Source of the DNA: an uncultured Gemmatimonadales bacterium
GTDB taxonomy: Bacteria; Gemmatimonadota; Gemmatimonadetes; Gemmatimonadales; GWC2-71-9
Length of the DNA: 64,000 nucleotides
NCBI GenBank assembly: GCA_963730185.1
Contig: CAVSQW010000002.1
Span: 1 to 64,000, forward strand
Direction of reading: 5' to 3'
Part shown: positions 9,256 to 19,149 of the stretch, in pieces
Position numbering within the stretch: the first letter of the stretch is position 1
Layout of the letters: each line of letters starts with the position of its first letter
Notes under the pieces: generated by a model
Databases searched by the model: none
What the model saw: only the letters and a program-made list of their open reading frames with translations
What the model was told of the DNA's origin: nothing
Position numbers and translations under genes: made by a program

Positions 9256-10418
9256 TGCACCTGCCGTACGCGCGCCAGGAGATCTCGGACGCCGACGTGG
9301 CCGCGGTCACGGCGGCGCTCGGGCACCGGCACCTGACCCAGGGACCGGGGGTCGCGGCGTTCGAGGACCACCTGGCCCGGCAGGTCGGGGCCCAGTTCGC
9401 CGTGGCCTTCAACAGCGGCACCGCGGCCCTCCACGCGGCCTACGCCGCCGCCGGGCTCGGCCCCGGCGACGCGATCGTCACCTCGCCGATCACCTTCGTC
9501 GCCACCGCCAACGCCGCCCGATATCTCGGCGCGGAGGTCCGCTTCGCCGACGTGAATCCGGTGACCGCCCTGCTGGACCCGGACGCGGCGGACGACGCCG
9601 CCGACGACCGGGTTCGGGCGGTGGTCCCGGTTCACCTGACCGGCGAGGTGGCCGATCTGGTCGCCCTCGAGGCCGTCGCCGAGGCGCGGGGGTGGATCGT
9701 GATCGAGGACGCCGCTCATGCCCTCGGCGCCCGCTACCGAACGGGCGACGGCGCCTGGCATTCGGTCGGCGCGTGCCACCACAGCGATCTTTGCTGCTTC
9801 AGCTTCCACGCGGTCAAGCACGTGACGACCGGTGAAGGAGGCGCGGTCACCACCAACGACGAGCGCCTCTACGACCGGCTCCGCCGGTTTCGGACCCACG
9901 GTATCACCCGCGATCCTCGGGAGATGGTCGCCAATGACGGCCCCTGGTACTACGAGCAGGTGGAGCTCGGCTTCAACTACCGGATCACCGACTTCCAGTG
10001 CGCCCTCGGTGAATCCCAGTTGGACCGGCTGAGCGACTTTCTGGCTCGACGCCGGCGGGTGGTCGGGTGGTATGACGAGCGACTGACCGAGGTGCCCGAT
10101 GCCGTGCCGCTGGGGCGGCCGGCCTGGTCGGAAGGGGCCCACCATCTCTACGTCTGCCAGGTGCCGCCGGATGCCCGCCGGGCGGTCTACGACGCGCTTA
10201 CGGCCGACGGGATCGGGGTCAACGTCCACTACATCCCCGTCTATCGTCAGCCGTACTACCGCGGCCTTCTGGGCAAGGAGCTCCGGCTCCCGGGCGCCGA
10301 GGCGTACTACGCCGGTGCCCTCACCCTGCCGCTCTTCCCGGCGCTGACCGAGGCCGACGTGGTTCGGGTGGTGGACGCGCTGGCCGCGGTGCTGTCGACG
10401 GTGGGGCCCCGGCGATGA
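9255..10418 (+). CDS. pseC: UDP-4-amino-4,6-dideoxy-N-acetyl-beta-L-altrosamine transaminase
   Basis: LPYARQEI..LTQGP, IEDAAHALGA, FSFHAVKHVTTGEGG, LGFNYRITD. Confidence 0.9.
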   Translation: MHLPYARQEISDADVAAVTAALGHRHLTQGPGVAAFEDHLARQVGAQFAVAFNSGTAALHAAYAAAGLGPGDAIVTSPITFVATANAARYLGAEVRFADVNPVTALLDPDAADDAADDRVRAVVPVHLTGEVADLVALEAVAEARGWIVIEDAAHALGARYRTGDGAWHSVGACHHSDLCCFSFHAVKHVTTGEGGAVTTNDERLYDRLRRFRTHGITRDPREMVANDGPWYYEQVELGFNYRITDFQCALGESQLDRLSDFLARRRRVVGWYDERLTEVPDAVPLGRPAWSEGAHHLYVCQVPPDARRAVYDALTADGIGVNVHYIPVYRQPYYRGLLGKELRLPGAEAYYAGALTLPLFPALTEADVVRVVDALAAVLSTVGPRR

Positions 10419-11314
10419 TCGGGCGGCTGGTGCTCCGCGCCGACGCCACCCCCCGAGTGGGGGCCGGCCACGTGATGCGGCTGCTCACCCTCGCGGCGGC
10501 CTGGCGGGAGCGGGGCGGGGAGGCGCTGGTGGTGGGTGAGGTGTCGCTCCCTTTCGTGGCCGAGCGGCTGTCCGGGCTGGGCCTGTCCCGGCAGGACCCA
10601 CCCTGCTCGGGTGGGGCGGTGATCGTGACCGACAGCTACGACGCGACCGTCCGGTATCGCTGCGCCGAGGTCGACGGCTACGCGCTCCGGGTCTTGGTGG
10701 ACGACGTGGGTGGCGAAGTGCCGCCGGGGTACGACGTCGTCTGGAACCCCAATCCCTACGGTGGGCGTGAGCTCTACGCCGGGTTCAGCGGCGGGATCGT
10801 CGCCGGGCCGGACGTGGTGCCGATCCGCGAGGGGCTGCCGCGCTGGAGCCCCGGGGCGACCCCTGAGACCTTCGTGACCCTGGGGGGCGGCGTCCCGCCG
10901 GCCTCGATCCGGGAGTCGATGGAGATCCTGGCCGAGCTGACCCCGGACAACCGCTTCGCGATCGTCGGCGACTGGGCGCCCCGAGGATGGCGGACGGTGC
11001 CGGCGGCGGAGCTCTGGCGCCAGGCGATGGGCGCGACCCGCCTGGTCACGGCGGCCGGCACGACGGTGTGGGAGGCGGCCGCGGTCGGCGTTCCCGTCGT
11101 CCTGCTTCAGATCGCGGACAACCAGCGGCTGGCGTATCGCTGGGGCCGGGACGCTGGGGTGCCGGGGCTCAACGCCGGGCTGATCGACGCGGAGTTCCTG
11201 GCTCACCAACTCCGGGCCCTGCTGCCGGCCGCACGACCGCTGCCCCGCATCGAAAACGGCGCGGCGTCCGTCGCCGAGTGCCTGGAGCACCTGCTGCCGG
11301 TGGCCGAGCCGTGA
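10415..11314 (+). CDS. pseG: PseG-like UDP-sugar hydrolase
   Basis: RADATPRVGAGHVMR, TDSY, VTLGG, AAGTTVWE, ADNQ. Confidence 0.8.
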   Translation: MIGRLVLRADATPRVGAGHVMRLLTLAAAWRERGGEALVVGEVSLPFVAERLSGLGLSRQDPPCSGGAVIVTDSYDATVRYRCAEVDGYALRVLVDDVGGEVPPGYDVVWNPNPYGGRELYAGFSGGIVAGPDVVPIREGLPRWSPGATPETFVTLGGGVPPASIRESMEILAELTPDNRFAIVGDWAPRGWRTVPAAELWRQAMGATRLVTAAGTTVWEAAAVGVPVVLLQIADNQRLAYRWGRDAGVPGLNAGLIDAEFLAHQLRALLPAARPLPRIENGAASVAECLEHLLPVAEP

Positions 11315-11793
11315 TGCTCCGCCTTCGGAAGGCCGAGCTGGCCGACGCCCACGTGCTCTGGGTCTGGGCCAACGACGCGGCCGCGCGGGCCGCGTCCGGG
11401 AACCGCCCGGTGATCCCGTGGCCGGAGCACTTGGCGTGGCTCGAGAGCCGGCTTCGGACCGACACCGCGCTCGTTCTGGTCGCCGAGACCGGCGACCTCC
11501 GGCCGGTCGGGACGATCCGCTTCGAGACCGACGACGGGTGGCGTCATGCTCGGCTGAGCTACACGATCGCCCCCGAGCGGCGGGGCCGAGGCCACGGTCG
11601 GGCGCTCCTCGATCAGGGGGTCGCGGCCCTTCGTCGCGCCCATCCCGAGGCGGTCGTCGAGGCCCTGGTCCGGCCCGACAACGAGCCCTCGCTACACCTG
11701 TTCCGCACCCTGGGCTGGAGCTTGCACGAGACGGGGGACGGTCCGGTCCGGTTCACCGCGGCGTCGCGGGTGGAGGACCCATGCCGATTCTGA
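11314..11793 (+). CDS. pseH: GNAT N-acetyltransferase, PseH-like
   Basis: WANDAAARAAS..IPWPEHLAW, RGRGHG, NEPSLHLF; sits between pseG and pseI. Confidence 0.75.
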   Translation: MLRLRKAELADAHVLWVWANDAAARAASGNRPVIPWPEHLAWLESRLRTDTALVLVAETGDLRPVGTIRFETDDGWRHARLSYTIAPERRGRGHGRALLDQGVAALRRAHPEAVVEALVRPDNEPSLHLFRTLGWSLHETGDGPVRFTAASRVEDPCRF

Positions 11794-12854
11794 TCGGGAG
11801 CAAGCCGGTGGGCGCGGGCGCCCCCTGTCTGATCGTGGCGGAGCTCTCCGGGAACCACAACGGCGACCTGGGCCGGGCGCTCGCGACCATCGAGGCCGCG
11901 GCCGAGGCCGGGGCCGACGCCATCAAGCTCCAGACCTACACCGCCGACACCCTGACCATCCAGTCGGATCGGCCGGAGTTCGTGGTCCCGGGCGACGGTC
12001 CCTGGGCCGGCCGGACGCTCTACGACCTCTATACCGAGGCCCACACGCCGTGGGGCTGGCACGCCCGGCTCTTCGCGCGGGCGCGGGAGCTTGGCCTCGA
12101 GATCTTCTCGACCCCGTTCGACGACACGGCCGTGACCCTGCTGGAGTCGCTCGACGCCCCGGCCTACAAGGTGGCCTCGTTCGAGCTGGTCGACGATGGC
12201 CTGCTCCGGCGGGTCGCTCGGACGGGGCGGCCGGTTATCTGCTCGACCGGGATGGCCAGCCTGGAGGAGATCGGCCACGCGGTGGCAGTCCTCCGCGAGG
12301 CGGGAGCGAGCGACGTGGTGCTGCTCCGCTGTACCAGCAGCTATCCGGCGCCGGACGACGCGATGCACCTGGCCACAATCGGGGTGCTGGCGGCGGCCAC
12401 CGGCTGCCCGGTCGGCCTGTCCGATCACAGTCTCGGAGTCGTGGCCCCGGTGGTGGCCGTGACGCTCGGCGCCGTGATGATCGAGAAACACTTCACCCTG
12501 GCCCGCGCGGACGGTGGGGTGGACAGCCACTTCTCGCTGGAACCGGCCGAGCTGGCGGACCTGGTGCAGGCGGTCCGGCGGGCGGAGCGGATGCTGGGGC
12601 GGCCCCGGTTCGGACCGGGCTCAGCCGAAGAGGGGAGCGTGGTGTTTCGCCGCTCGCTCTACGTGGTGGAGGACCTGGAGGCCGGTGAGGTGATCACCGG
12701 GAGGCACGTCCGGTCGATCCGGCCGGGTCACGGTCTCGCGCCTCGGTATCGCGAGCTGGTCGTCGGTCGGCGGGCGGCGCGGTCCGCCCCGAGGGGGACG
12801 CCGGTGACCTGGGACCTGATCGCAGCGGCGGCGGGCCAGGAGGTGACCGGATGA
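11781..12854 (+). CDS. pseI: Pseudaminic acid synthase
   Basis: IVAELSGNHNG, IKLQTYTADTLT, AHTPW, GLSDHS, IEKHFTL, C-terminal SAF domain. Confidence 0.92.
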   Translation: MPILIGSKPVGAGAPCLIVAELSGNHNGDLGRALATIEAAAEAGADAIKLQTYTADTLTIQSDRPEFVVPGDGPWAGRTLYDLYTEAHTPWGWHARLFARARELGLEIFSTPFDDTAVTLLESLDAPAYKVASFELVDDGLLRRVARTGRPVICSTGMASLEEIGHAVAVLREAGASDVVLLRCTSSYPAPDDAMHLATIGVLAAATGCPVGLSDHSLGVVAPVVAVTLGAVMIEKHFTLARADGGVDSHFSLEPAELADLVQAVRRAERMLGRPRFGPGSAEEGSVVFRRSLYVVEDLEAGEVITGRHVRSIRPGHGLAPRYRELVVGRRAARSAPRGTPVTWDLIAAAAGQEVTG

Positions 12855-13597
12855 GGGTGGTCACCACGATCGAGGCGCGGATGCGCTCCTCCCGGCTGCC
12901 CGGCAAGGTGCTCAAGCCGGTGCTCGGCAAGGCCATGTTGGCCCGGATGATCGAGCGGCTCCATCGGGCGGCCCGGTCGGACGACGTCGTCGTCGCCACG
13001 ACCACGGACCCGGCCGACGATCCGATCGAGGAGCTGGCCCTGGCGCTCGACGTCCGCTGCCATCGAGGCAGCGAGGACGACGTGCTTGGCCGGGTGCTCG
13101 AGGCCGCCACGGCGGCGGACGCGGATCTGATCGTCGAAACCACCGCCGACTGCCCGCTGATCGACCCCGGGGTGATCGACCAGCTGGTCCACACCTTCCA
13201 GACCAACGACGTGGACTACTGCGCCAACGTGCTGGCCCCGACCTATCCCCGGGGGCTCGACGTGCAGGTCTTCCCGCGGGCCGTGCTCGCAGACGTCGCC
13301 GCCCGGACCCGGGAGCCGGCCGATCGAGAGCACGTCTCCCTCTACATCTACGAGCACCCGGAGCGCTACCGGCTCCTCAACGTCGCCAGCGGGCTGCCGG
13401 AGTGGGTGGGCCGGCTCCGGCTCACCGTCGATACCGCCGACGACCTCGCGCTCGTGGAGCGCGTGTACGAGACGCTCTACCCCCGGAATCCGACTTTCGG
13501 GCTGACTGATCTGGTCGCGCTCTTTCGCCGCGAGCCGGAGCTGATGGAGTTGAACCGACACGTCCGCCAGAAGGCGGTTCGCCAGGAGAGTGCCTGA
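12851..13597 (+). CDS. SpsF/PseF-type cytidylyltransferase (copy 1)
   Basis: EARMRSSRLPGKVL, RGSEDDVL, TADCPLIDP, REHV, RLTVDT. Confidence 0.85.
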   Translation: MRVVTTIEARMRSSRLPGKVLKPVLGKAMLARMIERLHRAARSDDVVVATTTDPADDPIEELALALDVRCHRGSEDDVLGRVLEAATAADADLIVETTADCPLIDPGVIDQLVHTFQTNDVDYCANVLAPTYPRGLDVQVFPRAVLADVAARTREPADREHVSLYIYEHPERYRLLNVASGLPEWVGRLRLTVDTADDLALVERVYETLYPRNPTFGLTDLVALFRREPELMELNRHVRQKAVRQESA

Positions 13598-14265
13598 TGC
13601 CGTTGGATGCCACCGACCAGCTGGGCCAGTGGACCCGGGATTTCGGCCGGAGCTACACCGACCGAAACACGATGAGCCCCGACGAGATGGACGCGGCCTT
13701 CGCGCTTCAGTTCGGCGTTCGGAAGTCGACCATTTACCGCGAGCTGGTGGGGCCGGCCCGGCTGCCGGCGGGCCGCGCGCTGGAGGTGGGCTGCAACATC
13801 GGGCTCCAGCTCCAGCTGCTGCGCCTCGCCAACCGACGTCTCGAGCTCCACGGGCTCGAGCCGCAGGAGTATGCCCTGGCCCGGGCCCGGGTCCTGGCGC
13901 CCGAGGTCAGCTTCCACCAGGGGACGGCGTTCGACATGCCGTTCGCCGACGCTTCGTTCGACCTGGTGTTCACGCACGGCGTCCTGATCCATCTGCACCC
14001 GCGCGATCTCCCGAAGGCCATCGGGGAGATGTGCCGGGTGAGCCGGCGGTTCATTCTCTGCCACGAGTACTACGCCCGCGAAACCACCGAGGTGCGCTAC
14101 CAGGGCAGCGACGGGCTGCTCTGGAAGACCGACTTCGCGGCCCGGTTCCGGGAGGCATGCCCGTCGCTTCAGGAGGTAGCGGTCCGCTACTACCCCTACA
14201 GCGATGCCTGCGGGGGTGCCGACTTGGTGGACCAGGTGGTCCTCTTCGAGCAGGGCGGGGCATGA
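13597..14265 (+). CDS. Pseudaminic acid biosynthesis-associated methyltransferase
   Basis: W..DFGRSYTDRN, LEVGCNIG, FTHGVLIH, EYY..LWKTDF. Confidence 0.8.
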   Translation: MPLDATDQLGQWTRDFGRSYTDRNTMSPDEMDAAFALQFGVRKSTIYRELVGPARLPAGRALEVGCNIGLQLQLLRLANRRLELHGLEPQEYALARARVLAPEVSFHQGTAFDMPFADASFDLVFTHGVLIHLHPRDLPKAIGEMCRVSRRFILCHEYYARETTEVRYQGSDGLLWKTDFAARFREACPSLQEVAVRYYPYSDACGGADLVDQVVLFEQGGA

Positions 14266-15245
14266 GCCTCCGGGCGGCGGTGATCGGCTGCGGCTTCATC
14301 GGGGCCGGCGAGGGCACAGCCGGGCTCGGCGCCCAGTCGCATGCGGCCGCCTGGACCGCGATCGCGGGAGTGGACCTCGTGGCGCTGGCCGACTCGGATC
14401 CGGAGCGGTTGGGCCGGGCCCAGGCCCGCTGGGGCGTGGCCGACGGCTTCCCGACGGCCGGCGCCTTGCTCGCCGCCGCCCGACCCGACGTGGTGAGCCT
14501 CTGCACCCCGGACCCGAGCCATGGACCGCTCCTCGCGGCGATTCTCGACACCCCGTCGGTGCGCGCGGTGCTGGCGGAGAAGCCCCTGGCGCTCGACCTC
14601 GACGAGGCCGGGCACCTGGTCCGGCGCGCCCGGGATCGGGGCGTGCGGCTCGCGGTCAACTACGGCCGCCGCTCGCTTCCGAGCCATCGGGCGCTCCGGC
14701 GGTGGATCGCGGGAGGTGGCCTGGGCACGGTCCAGTCGGTCACCGGACGTTACGTCCGGGGCCTCAAGCACAACGGCACGCATTGGCTCGACCTGGCCCG
14801 TTTCCTGGTCGGCGAAATCCGGTCGGTGCGGCCCCGTCCCGGCGAGCCGGTCGACGGACCCGATCCGACCATCGACGTGATGCTGGAGTTCGAGGGTGGT
14901 GCCCGGGGGTTGCTGACCGGACTCCGCGGGGTGGACTACGCCCTCTTCGAGATGGATCTCGTCGGGACCCGGGGCCGGGCTCGGATCCTGGAGGGCGGCC
15001 ACCGGTTCGAGATCTTCGCCGCGGGGGCGAGCCCGCGGTTTCCGGGATTTCGAGAGCTGCTGCCGGTGGAGGGCCCGGCGGGCGGGATCGACGATCTGGT
15101 CCGGCACCCCGCGGCGGATCTGATCGCCGCGCTGGCCGAGGGCCGGGAGCCTGCCTGCACCGGCGATGACGCCGTCGCCGCCCTCGCGCTGGCGACCTCC
15201 GCCATCGAATCGCTGGAGGGGCAGCATGCCAGCATCGGTCTTTAG
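14262..15245 (+). CDS. Gfo/Idh/MocA oxidoreductase
   Basis: AVIGCGFIG, SLCTPD..H, LAEKPLA, HNGTHWLD. Confidence 0.88.
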   Translation: MSLRAAVIGCGFIGAGEGTAGLGAQSHAAAWTAIAGVDLVALADSDPERLGRAQARWGVADGFPTAGALLAAARPDVVSLCTPDPSHGPLLAAILDTPSVRAVLAEKPLALDLDEAGHLVRRARDRGVRLAVNYGRRSLPSHRALRRWIAGGGLGTVQSVTGRYVRGLKHNGTHWLDLARFLVGEIRSVRPRPGEPVDGPDPTIDVMLEFEGGARGLLTGLRGVDYALFEMDLVGTRGRARILEGGHRFEIFAAGASPRFPGFRELLPVEGPAGGIDDLVRHPAADLIAALAEGREPACTGDDAVAALALATSAIESLEGQHASIGL

Positions 15246-16311
15246 CGTCCTCGGCGACCGGGGCGGCGCGGAAGCCGTGCTTCCGGTCCTCGAATCGCTC
15301 GCCGCCCGGGGAACCCGGGTCACGACAGTGGCCTGGGGGCCGGCGCGGGCGCTGCTCCGGGATCGGGGCCTGGCCTCGCTGAGCCTGGCGCCCACCCTCG
15401 CGCCCCGGGCCGTCCTGGCGGCGCTCGAGTCGGCTCGTGCCACCGCCTTGGTCACCGGGACCTCCTGGGGCGACGACCGGCCCGAGCCGCCGTTTCTGAC
15501 GGCCGCCCGGGAGCTCGGGGTGCCCTCGCTGGCGGTGCTCGACTTCTGGTCCAACTACGCCGAGCGGTTCGCCGGAGGGCTGCCGGACGAGATTGCGGTC
15601 ATGGACCAGCGAGCCCGGCACGAGGCCATCGCGGCGGGGCTCCCGCCGGAGCGGATCACGGTCACGGGAAACCCGCACTACGAGCGGCTGCTCGATCGCT
15701 TCGACGGGTTCGGACACTCGGCCCGGCTGGCCTTTCGGGAGCGGGTCGGGCTCTCCCGGCGCGACACGGCGGTTCTCTTCGTGTCCCAACCGCTCGGGGC
15801 GCTCTACGGCGACCGCCTGGGCTGGACCGAGACCGAGGTGCTGACCGCGGTGCGGGCCGGCCTGGAACGGGTCGCCGAATGGCTCGGCCACCGGCTGGTC
15901 CTGGCCATCCGCCCCCATCCCCGAGATCCCGCGTTGCCCAAACTCGACAGCAGCGACCGCGTGTTGGTGCGCCCGGCGCTCGACCACGACGCGATGGCCT
16001 GGGCGCTGACTACCGACCTGGTGGTGGGGATGACCAGCGCCGTGCTGGTGCAGGCGGCGCTGCTCGGGGCCCGGGTGGTCGCGATCCGGCCGGGCAGCGC
16101 GGCCGTCGGCGTGGGGCCGTCCCCGGGAGAGATGGTCACCGATCTGGCCGAGGTGCCGGCTGCGTTGTTCCGGGGTCTGGCCCGGCCGGCCAACGCCGAG
16201 CGCGACGCCTCGTGGACCGCGCTTCGCGCGGAGGCCCGCGGCGCCACCGAGCGGATCGTGGAGCGGATCGACGCCTTGGGGGCTTCGGCCCCGAGAGAGG
16301 TCATGGTATGA
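15226..16311 (+). CDS. GT-B-fold protein of unknown specificity
   Basis: DRGGA, VTGTS, VLDFWSNY, VTGNPHY, FVSQP, RPHPR, VGMTS. Confidence 0.6.
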   Translation: MPASVFSVLGDRGGAEAVLPVLESLAARGTRVTTVAWGPARALLRDRGLASLSLAPTLAPRAVLAALESARATALVTGTSWGDDRPEPPFLTAARELGVPSLAVLDFWSNYAERFAGGLPDEIAVMDQRARHEAIAAGLPPERITVTGNPHYERLLDRFDGFGHSARLAFRERVGLSRRDTAVLFVSQPLGALYGDRLGWTETEVLTAVRAGLERVAEWLGHRLVLAIRPHPRDPALPKLDSSDRVLVRPALDHDAMAWALTTDLVVGMTSAVLVQAALLGARVVAIRPGSAAVGVGPSPGEMVTDLAEVPAALFRGLARPANAERDASWTALRAEARGATERIVERIDALGASAPREVMV

Positions 16312-17585
16312 CGCGATTGGCCATCGACGGCGGCCGCCCGGTGCGGACCACGCCGTTTCCCGAGTACCGTACCATCGGCGCCGAGGAGCGGGACGCGGTT
16401 CTGCGGGTCCTGGAGAGCGGAGTGCTGTCGCAGTTCGTGGGCGTCGACGGTCCCGACTTCCTGGGAGGGCCCCGGGTTCGTGAGCTCGAGACGGCGTGGG
16501 CCGAGTACTTCGGCACCCGGCACGCGGTGGCGGTGAACTCGGCGACCAGCGGCCTCTCCGCCGCGGTGGGCGCCGCCCGGATCGGTCCCGGCGACGAGGT
16601 GATCGTGTCGCCGTACACGATGAGCGCCTCCGCCGCCGCCGCGATCGTCTATGGCGCGGTGCCGGTCTTCGCCGACATCGATCCCGAGACCTTCTGTCTC
16701 GACCCGGTGTCGGTCCGGGCTCGGATCACGCCGCGCACCCGCGCCGTCATCGCGGTCGACCTCTTCGGCCATCCGGCCGCCTGGGAGGAGCTTCGGACGA
16801 TCGGTCGGGAGCACGGCCTAGTGCTGATCGAGGATGCCGCCCAGGCGCCGGGCGCCCGGCTCGGCCATCGCTACGCCGGCACCCTGGGCGACCTCGGCGT
16901 CTTCAGCCTCAACTATCACAAGACCATCCACTCGGGCGAGGGTGGGGTGATCGTGACCGACGATCCCGACCTGGCCGAGCGCTTGCAGCTGATCCGCAAT
17001 CACGCCGAGGCCGTGGTCAAGGCTCGCGGCACCGACGACCTGGTGAATCTGGTGGGCTTCAACTTTCGGATGACGGAAATCGAGGCGGCCATCGCGTCGG
17101 AGCAGCTCCGGAAGCTCGACCGCCTGGTGCAGGCCCGGATCGACGCCTCCGACTATCTCTCGACCCGGCTGGCCGGGTTCCCCGGACTCGGAGTGCCGGT
17201 GGTCCGGCCCCGCGTTCGCCATGGCTATTACGTCTATCCGCTCCGGTTCGACGCCGGCCAGGCGGGCATGACCCGGGCCCGATTCGCGGCCGCCCTGCGG
17301 GCCGAGGGCATTCCCGTCCACGAGGGATACGTCGAGCCGCTCTACTGGCAGCCGATGTACCAGCGCGGCATTGGGATCGGCCGGGACGGGTTCCCGTTCC
17401 GCCAGCCCGGCCGCGAGCCGGTCCGCTATCCCCGCGGGCTCTGTCCGGTGACGGAGCGGATGCACCAGGAGGAGCTTCTCTACCTCACGGTCATCCACGC
17501 CCAGATGAGGCCGGCCGATCTCGACGACGTGATCGCCGCCTTCGAGAAGGTCCTCTCGGCGGCCGGGAGCGCGGTGGCCTCGTGA
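16308..17585 (+). CDS. DegT/DnrJ/EryC1/StrS aminotransferase (second)
   Basis: VNSATSGL, IEDAAQAPG, FSLNYHKTIHSGEGG, GFNFRMTE. Confidence 0.9.
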   Translation: MTRLAIDGGRPVRTTPFPEYRTIGAEERDAVLRVLESGVLSQFVGVDGPDFLGGPRVRELETAWAEYFGTRHAVAVNSATSGLSAAVGAARIGPGDEVIVSPYTMSASAAAAIVYGAVPVFADIDPETFCLDPVSVRARITPRTRAVIAVDLFGHPAAWEELRTIGREHGLVLIEDAAQAPGARLGHRYAGTLGDLGVFSLNYHKTIHSGEGGVIVTDDPDLAERLQLIRNHAEAVVKARGTDDLVNLVGFNFRMTEIEAAIASEQLRKLDRLVQARIDASDYLSTRLAGFPGLGVPVVRPRVRHGYYVYPLRFDAGQAGMTRARFAAALRAEGIPVHEGYVEPLYWQPMYQRGIGIGRDGFPFRQPGREPVRYPRGLCPVTERMHQEELLYLTVIHAQMRPADLDDVIAAFEKVLSAAGSAVAS

Positions 17586-18181
17586 CCCTCGTCCTGCCGT
17601 CCGACGCACTCCGCGCTCACTATCGGGCCCGCTTCCTCGCCCACGGCGACGCCGCCCTCGCGACCCAGATGAGCCGCGAGGGCCAGGCGTTCCGGTTCCG
17701 GAAGCTGCTCGAGATCGGCAATCTCGACGATCGCTCGGTGCTCGACGTCGGCGCCGGGTTGGGCGACTTCGTCCCCTTCGTCCGGGCCCGGTATCCGCGG
17801 GCGCGATACGAGGGTGTCGACTTGGTGCCCGAGATGGTGGCCTGCGCCAGCGAGAAGTATCCGAATCTTCGCTTCCGGACGGCGGACCTGCTGGTCGCCC
17901 CGCTGCCCGAGCGCTACGACTACGTGCTGCTTTCCGCCGTATTCAACAACGCGACCGAGGACCCGACCGGGCATCTCGAGCGGCTGGTGGCGCGGAGCTT
18001 CGAGCACTGCCGGATCGGGCTCGGGTTCAACTTCATCTCGACCCACGTGAACGTGACCGAGCCGGAGATGGCCTATCACGACCCGGCTCGCGTGCTCTCG
18101 TTCTGTCTCACCCTGAGCCGGAAGGTCGTCCTGGCGCACCACTACGAGCGGTGCGACGTGGCGGTCTTCGCCTATCGATGA
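17582..18181 (+). CDS. Class I SAM methyltransferase
   Basis: VLDVGAGLGD, YEGVDLVPEM, YDYV. Confidence 0.82.
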   Translation: MTLVLPSDALRAHYRARFLAHGDAALATQMSREGQAFRFRKLLEIGNLDDRSVLDVGAGLGDFVPFVRARYPRARYEGVDLVPEMVACASEKYPNLRFRTADLLVAPLPERYDYVLLSAVFNNATEDPTGHLERLVARSFEHCRIGLGFNFISTHVNVTEPEMAYHDPARVLSFCLTLSRKVVLAHHYERCDVAVFAYR

Positions 18182-19149
18182 GTGCTCCGCCGTTGCCGCT
18201 CGTCGGGACCGTCGACCCAGTCCGGTGGGACCGGCTGGTCGACGAGTCGCCCGAGGGGTCGGTGTTCTGCCGAACCACGTTCCTGGAGGCGCTGGACCGC
18301 CCGCACGAGCGGCTGGCGCTCGGCGACGGTGCGTCGATTCCGGCCGGCGCGGTGGTGTTCCGGGAGGCCGACGGGTCGGTGGCCCGAGCGCCGCTGCCCT
18401 TCAGCCTGTACCAGGGAGTGCTGCTCCCCGGCGAGGTGGCCGTAATGCCGGCCCACCGGCGGGTCCGCGAGACGCTGGAGCGGACCGCCGCGCTGCTCGA
18501 CGCGCTCGCGGGGCAGGGCGCGCTCTCGTTCTGCCTCCACCCCCGGTTCCCGGACGTCCGGGCCTTCTCTTGGTTCAACTACCACCGCCCGGAGGCGGGA
18601 CAGTTCCGGATCGACGTCCGCTACACCGGCGAGATCGCCCTCTCTCGGGAGGGTGGGCTCGACGCCTTTCTCGCCGGGTGCCGGAGCGTGCGCCGACAGG
18701 AGTATCGTCGGGCCGCGGCCCGATTCACGGTCGGCGCGAGTGACGAGCTCGAGTTGCTGGACGAGCTCCACGAACGGACTTTCGCCCGCCAGGGCCTGGA
18801 ACGATCGCCGCGGGAGCGGTCGCTGCTGCGATCACTGACCCGCGCGGCGCTGACCCACGAGTTCGGCGAGGTGCTCGTCGCCCGGGACGGCGACGGCCGG
18901 GCTGCGTCGGCGGTGCTGACGCTGTTCGACCGGCGGAGCACCTACTACCTGGTGGCCGCGAACGATCCCGACTACCGCTCCGCCGGCACCTCGACGCTGC
19001 TCTTCGTGGAGATGGTGCGCCGGGCGCTCGAGCGTGGCTCGGAGACGGTGGACGTGGTGGGGATGAACTCGCCGTCCCGTGGCGACTTCAAGGCCAGCTT
19101 CGGCGCGATGCCGGTTCCGTATTACGTGGCGCACTGGGAGGGCCGATGA
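18178..19149 (+). CDS. GNAT / FemAB-like acyltransferase
   Basis: WDRLVDESPEGSVF, YYLVAANDP..RSAG, VGMNSP..FKASFG. Confidence 0.75.
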   Translation: MSAPPLPLVGTVDPVRWDRLVDESPEGSVFCRTTFLEALDRPHERLALGDGASIPAGAVVFREADGSVARAPLPFSLYQGVLLPGEVAVMPAHRRVRETLERTAALLDALAGQGALSFCLHPRFPDVRAFSWFNYHRPEAGQFRIDVRYTGEIALSREGGLDAFLAGCRSVRRQEYRRAAARFTVGASDELELLDELHERTFARQGLERSPRERSLLRSLTRAALTHEFGEVLVARDGDGRAASAVLTLFDRRSTYYLVAANDPDYRSAGTSTLLFVEMVRRALERGSETVDVVGMNSPSRGDFKASFGAMPVPYYVAHWEGR